Assembly: GCA_002633005.1 (NCBI GenBank)
Contig: NMRA01000789.1
Span: 80,398-144,397, forward strand
Length of the DNA stretch: 64,000 bases
Source of the DNA: Phoronis australis
Lineage: Eukaryota; Animalia; Phoronida
Reading direction: 5' to 3'
The translations under genes and the position numbers were made by a program. The notes under the pieces were generated by a model. It saw nothing but the letters and a program-made list of their open reading frames with translations. It had not been told where the DNA came from and made no database searches. Of the stretch, positions 63,195 through 64,000 are shown piece by piece (the stretch's first letter is position 1; each line of letters starts with the position of its first letter).

Positions 63195-63864
63195 AAACGG
63201 AGCAAAATCTCTCCAATTTCAGACAAAAATCATCACCAAATTTGGTCTATTTTCATTTTCAAAAGCTGCTGATGCCCACAATTTCTTAGAATCATTGTCT
63301 GATAGGAGCCATAGTAATGGATCTTAAAAATTAAACAGCATTTATTTTGTGCTACTCATTTTTTGCGAAAAATAAAATTTCACTTGTCAGCCATATTGTG
63401 TCCTATTGGGTAAGATTCTACTGCACTGATAACGTAATGAAATGGAATTGAAGCTGTGAATTGCATTCTAATGTTTGAAAGTTTTTGTACAGAGGGTGGG
63501 GGGGGGGGGGCAAGACCAACACGTGACTCCTGGCCAGTCCAGACTACTGTAGTGACTTACGAGATTCACGGATTTTGAGAATCAGTTTCCACCACTGTGT
63601 AACACTGAAACTGGCACTCAACGTTCAAATTGCCAACGGCAATAAAAATACTTCACGTCAACAAGATACTAAATCTGCACCAAAATGTACTGTGTGTTCA
63701 AAAAGTTCAAATTCAAGGGTCAAGTAGCCCTTCAGTGGTAAAAAACAGAGACAGATTTTTTTGCACCCACAGGCCTAATGTCCCAGGAAACATGATGCTA
63801 AAAAATCCATTACAAATATAACAAATCCCTTAGGAAGAACCACAAAGCCATCATCACCTTTGTT

Positions 63865-64000
63865 CAGGGCTTGGAATGACCAATGACAAAAAACGCGAAA
63901 ACTTTTACGGCCCAAATCATGACCGATAACCAGCCTTTGAAATGGTCAATGTGAACCTTTCCGCGACAAAAATCGGGACTAAAAAAAAAAAAAAAAAAAA
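63865..64000. mobile_element. Left end of a hAT-like element
   Basis: Starts cagggcttggaat, inverse of the terminus at 22779-22791. Confidence 0.55.

Overview
AT-rich eukaryotic (bilaterian invertebrate-like) genomic DNA from a draft assembly, with one N-gap (22348-22466) and several isolated Ns. One intron-rich gene on the minus strand dominates the window: a TANC/rolling-pebbles (rols) family scaffold. I traced 12 GT-AG exons with consistent reading phase between 35572 and 727 (about 1082 codons from the first in-exon ATG), plus one candidate cassette exon. They encode a C3HC4 RING finger, a long Ser/Pro-rich linker, a STAND/NACHT-type P-loop NTPase region and the first ankyrin repeats. The 3' part of the gene lies left of position 1, and no upstream 5' exon was recognised. 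The rest is non-coding sequence with many MITE-like non-autonomous DNA transposons, tRNA-derived SINE-like heads and minisatellites. Points of interest: a run of symmetric phase-1 exons, a pre-miRNA-like hairpin, an array of CTCF-like motifs, RFX X-boxes, a MITE enclosing a copy of its own empty site, and a duplicated segment that may belong in the N-gap. I found no prokaryotic-type system (CRISPR, operon) and no clearly new biological system.
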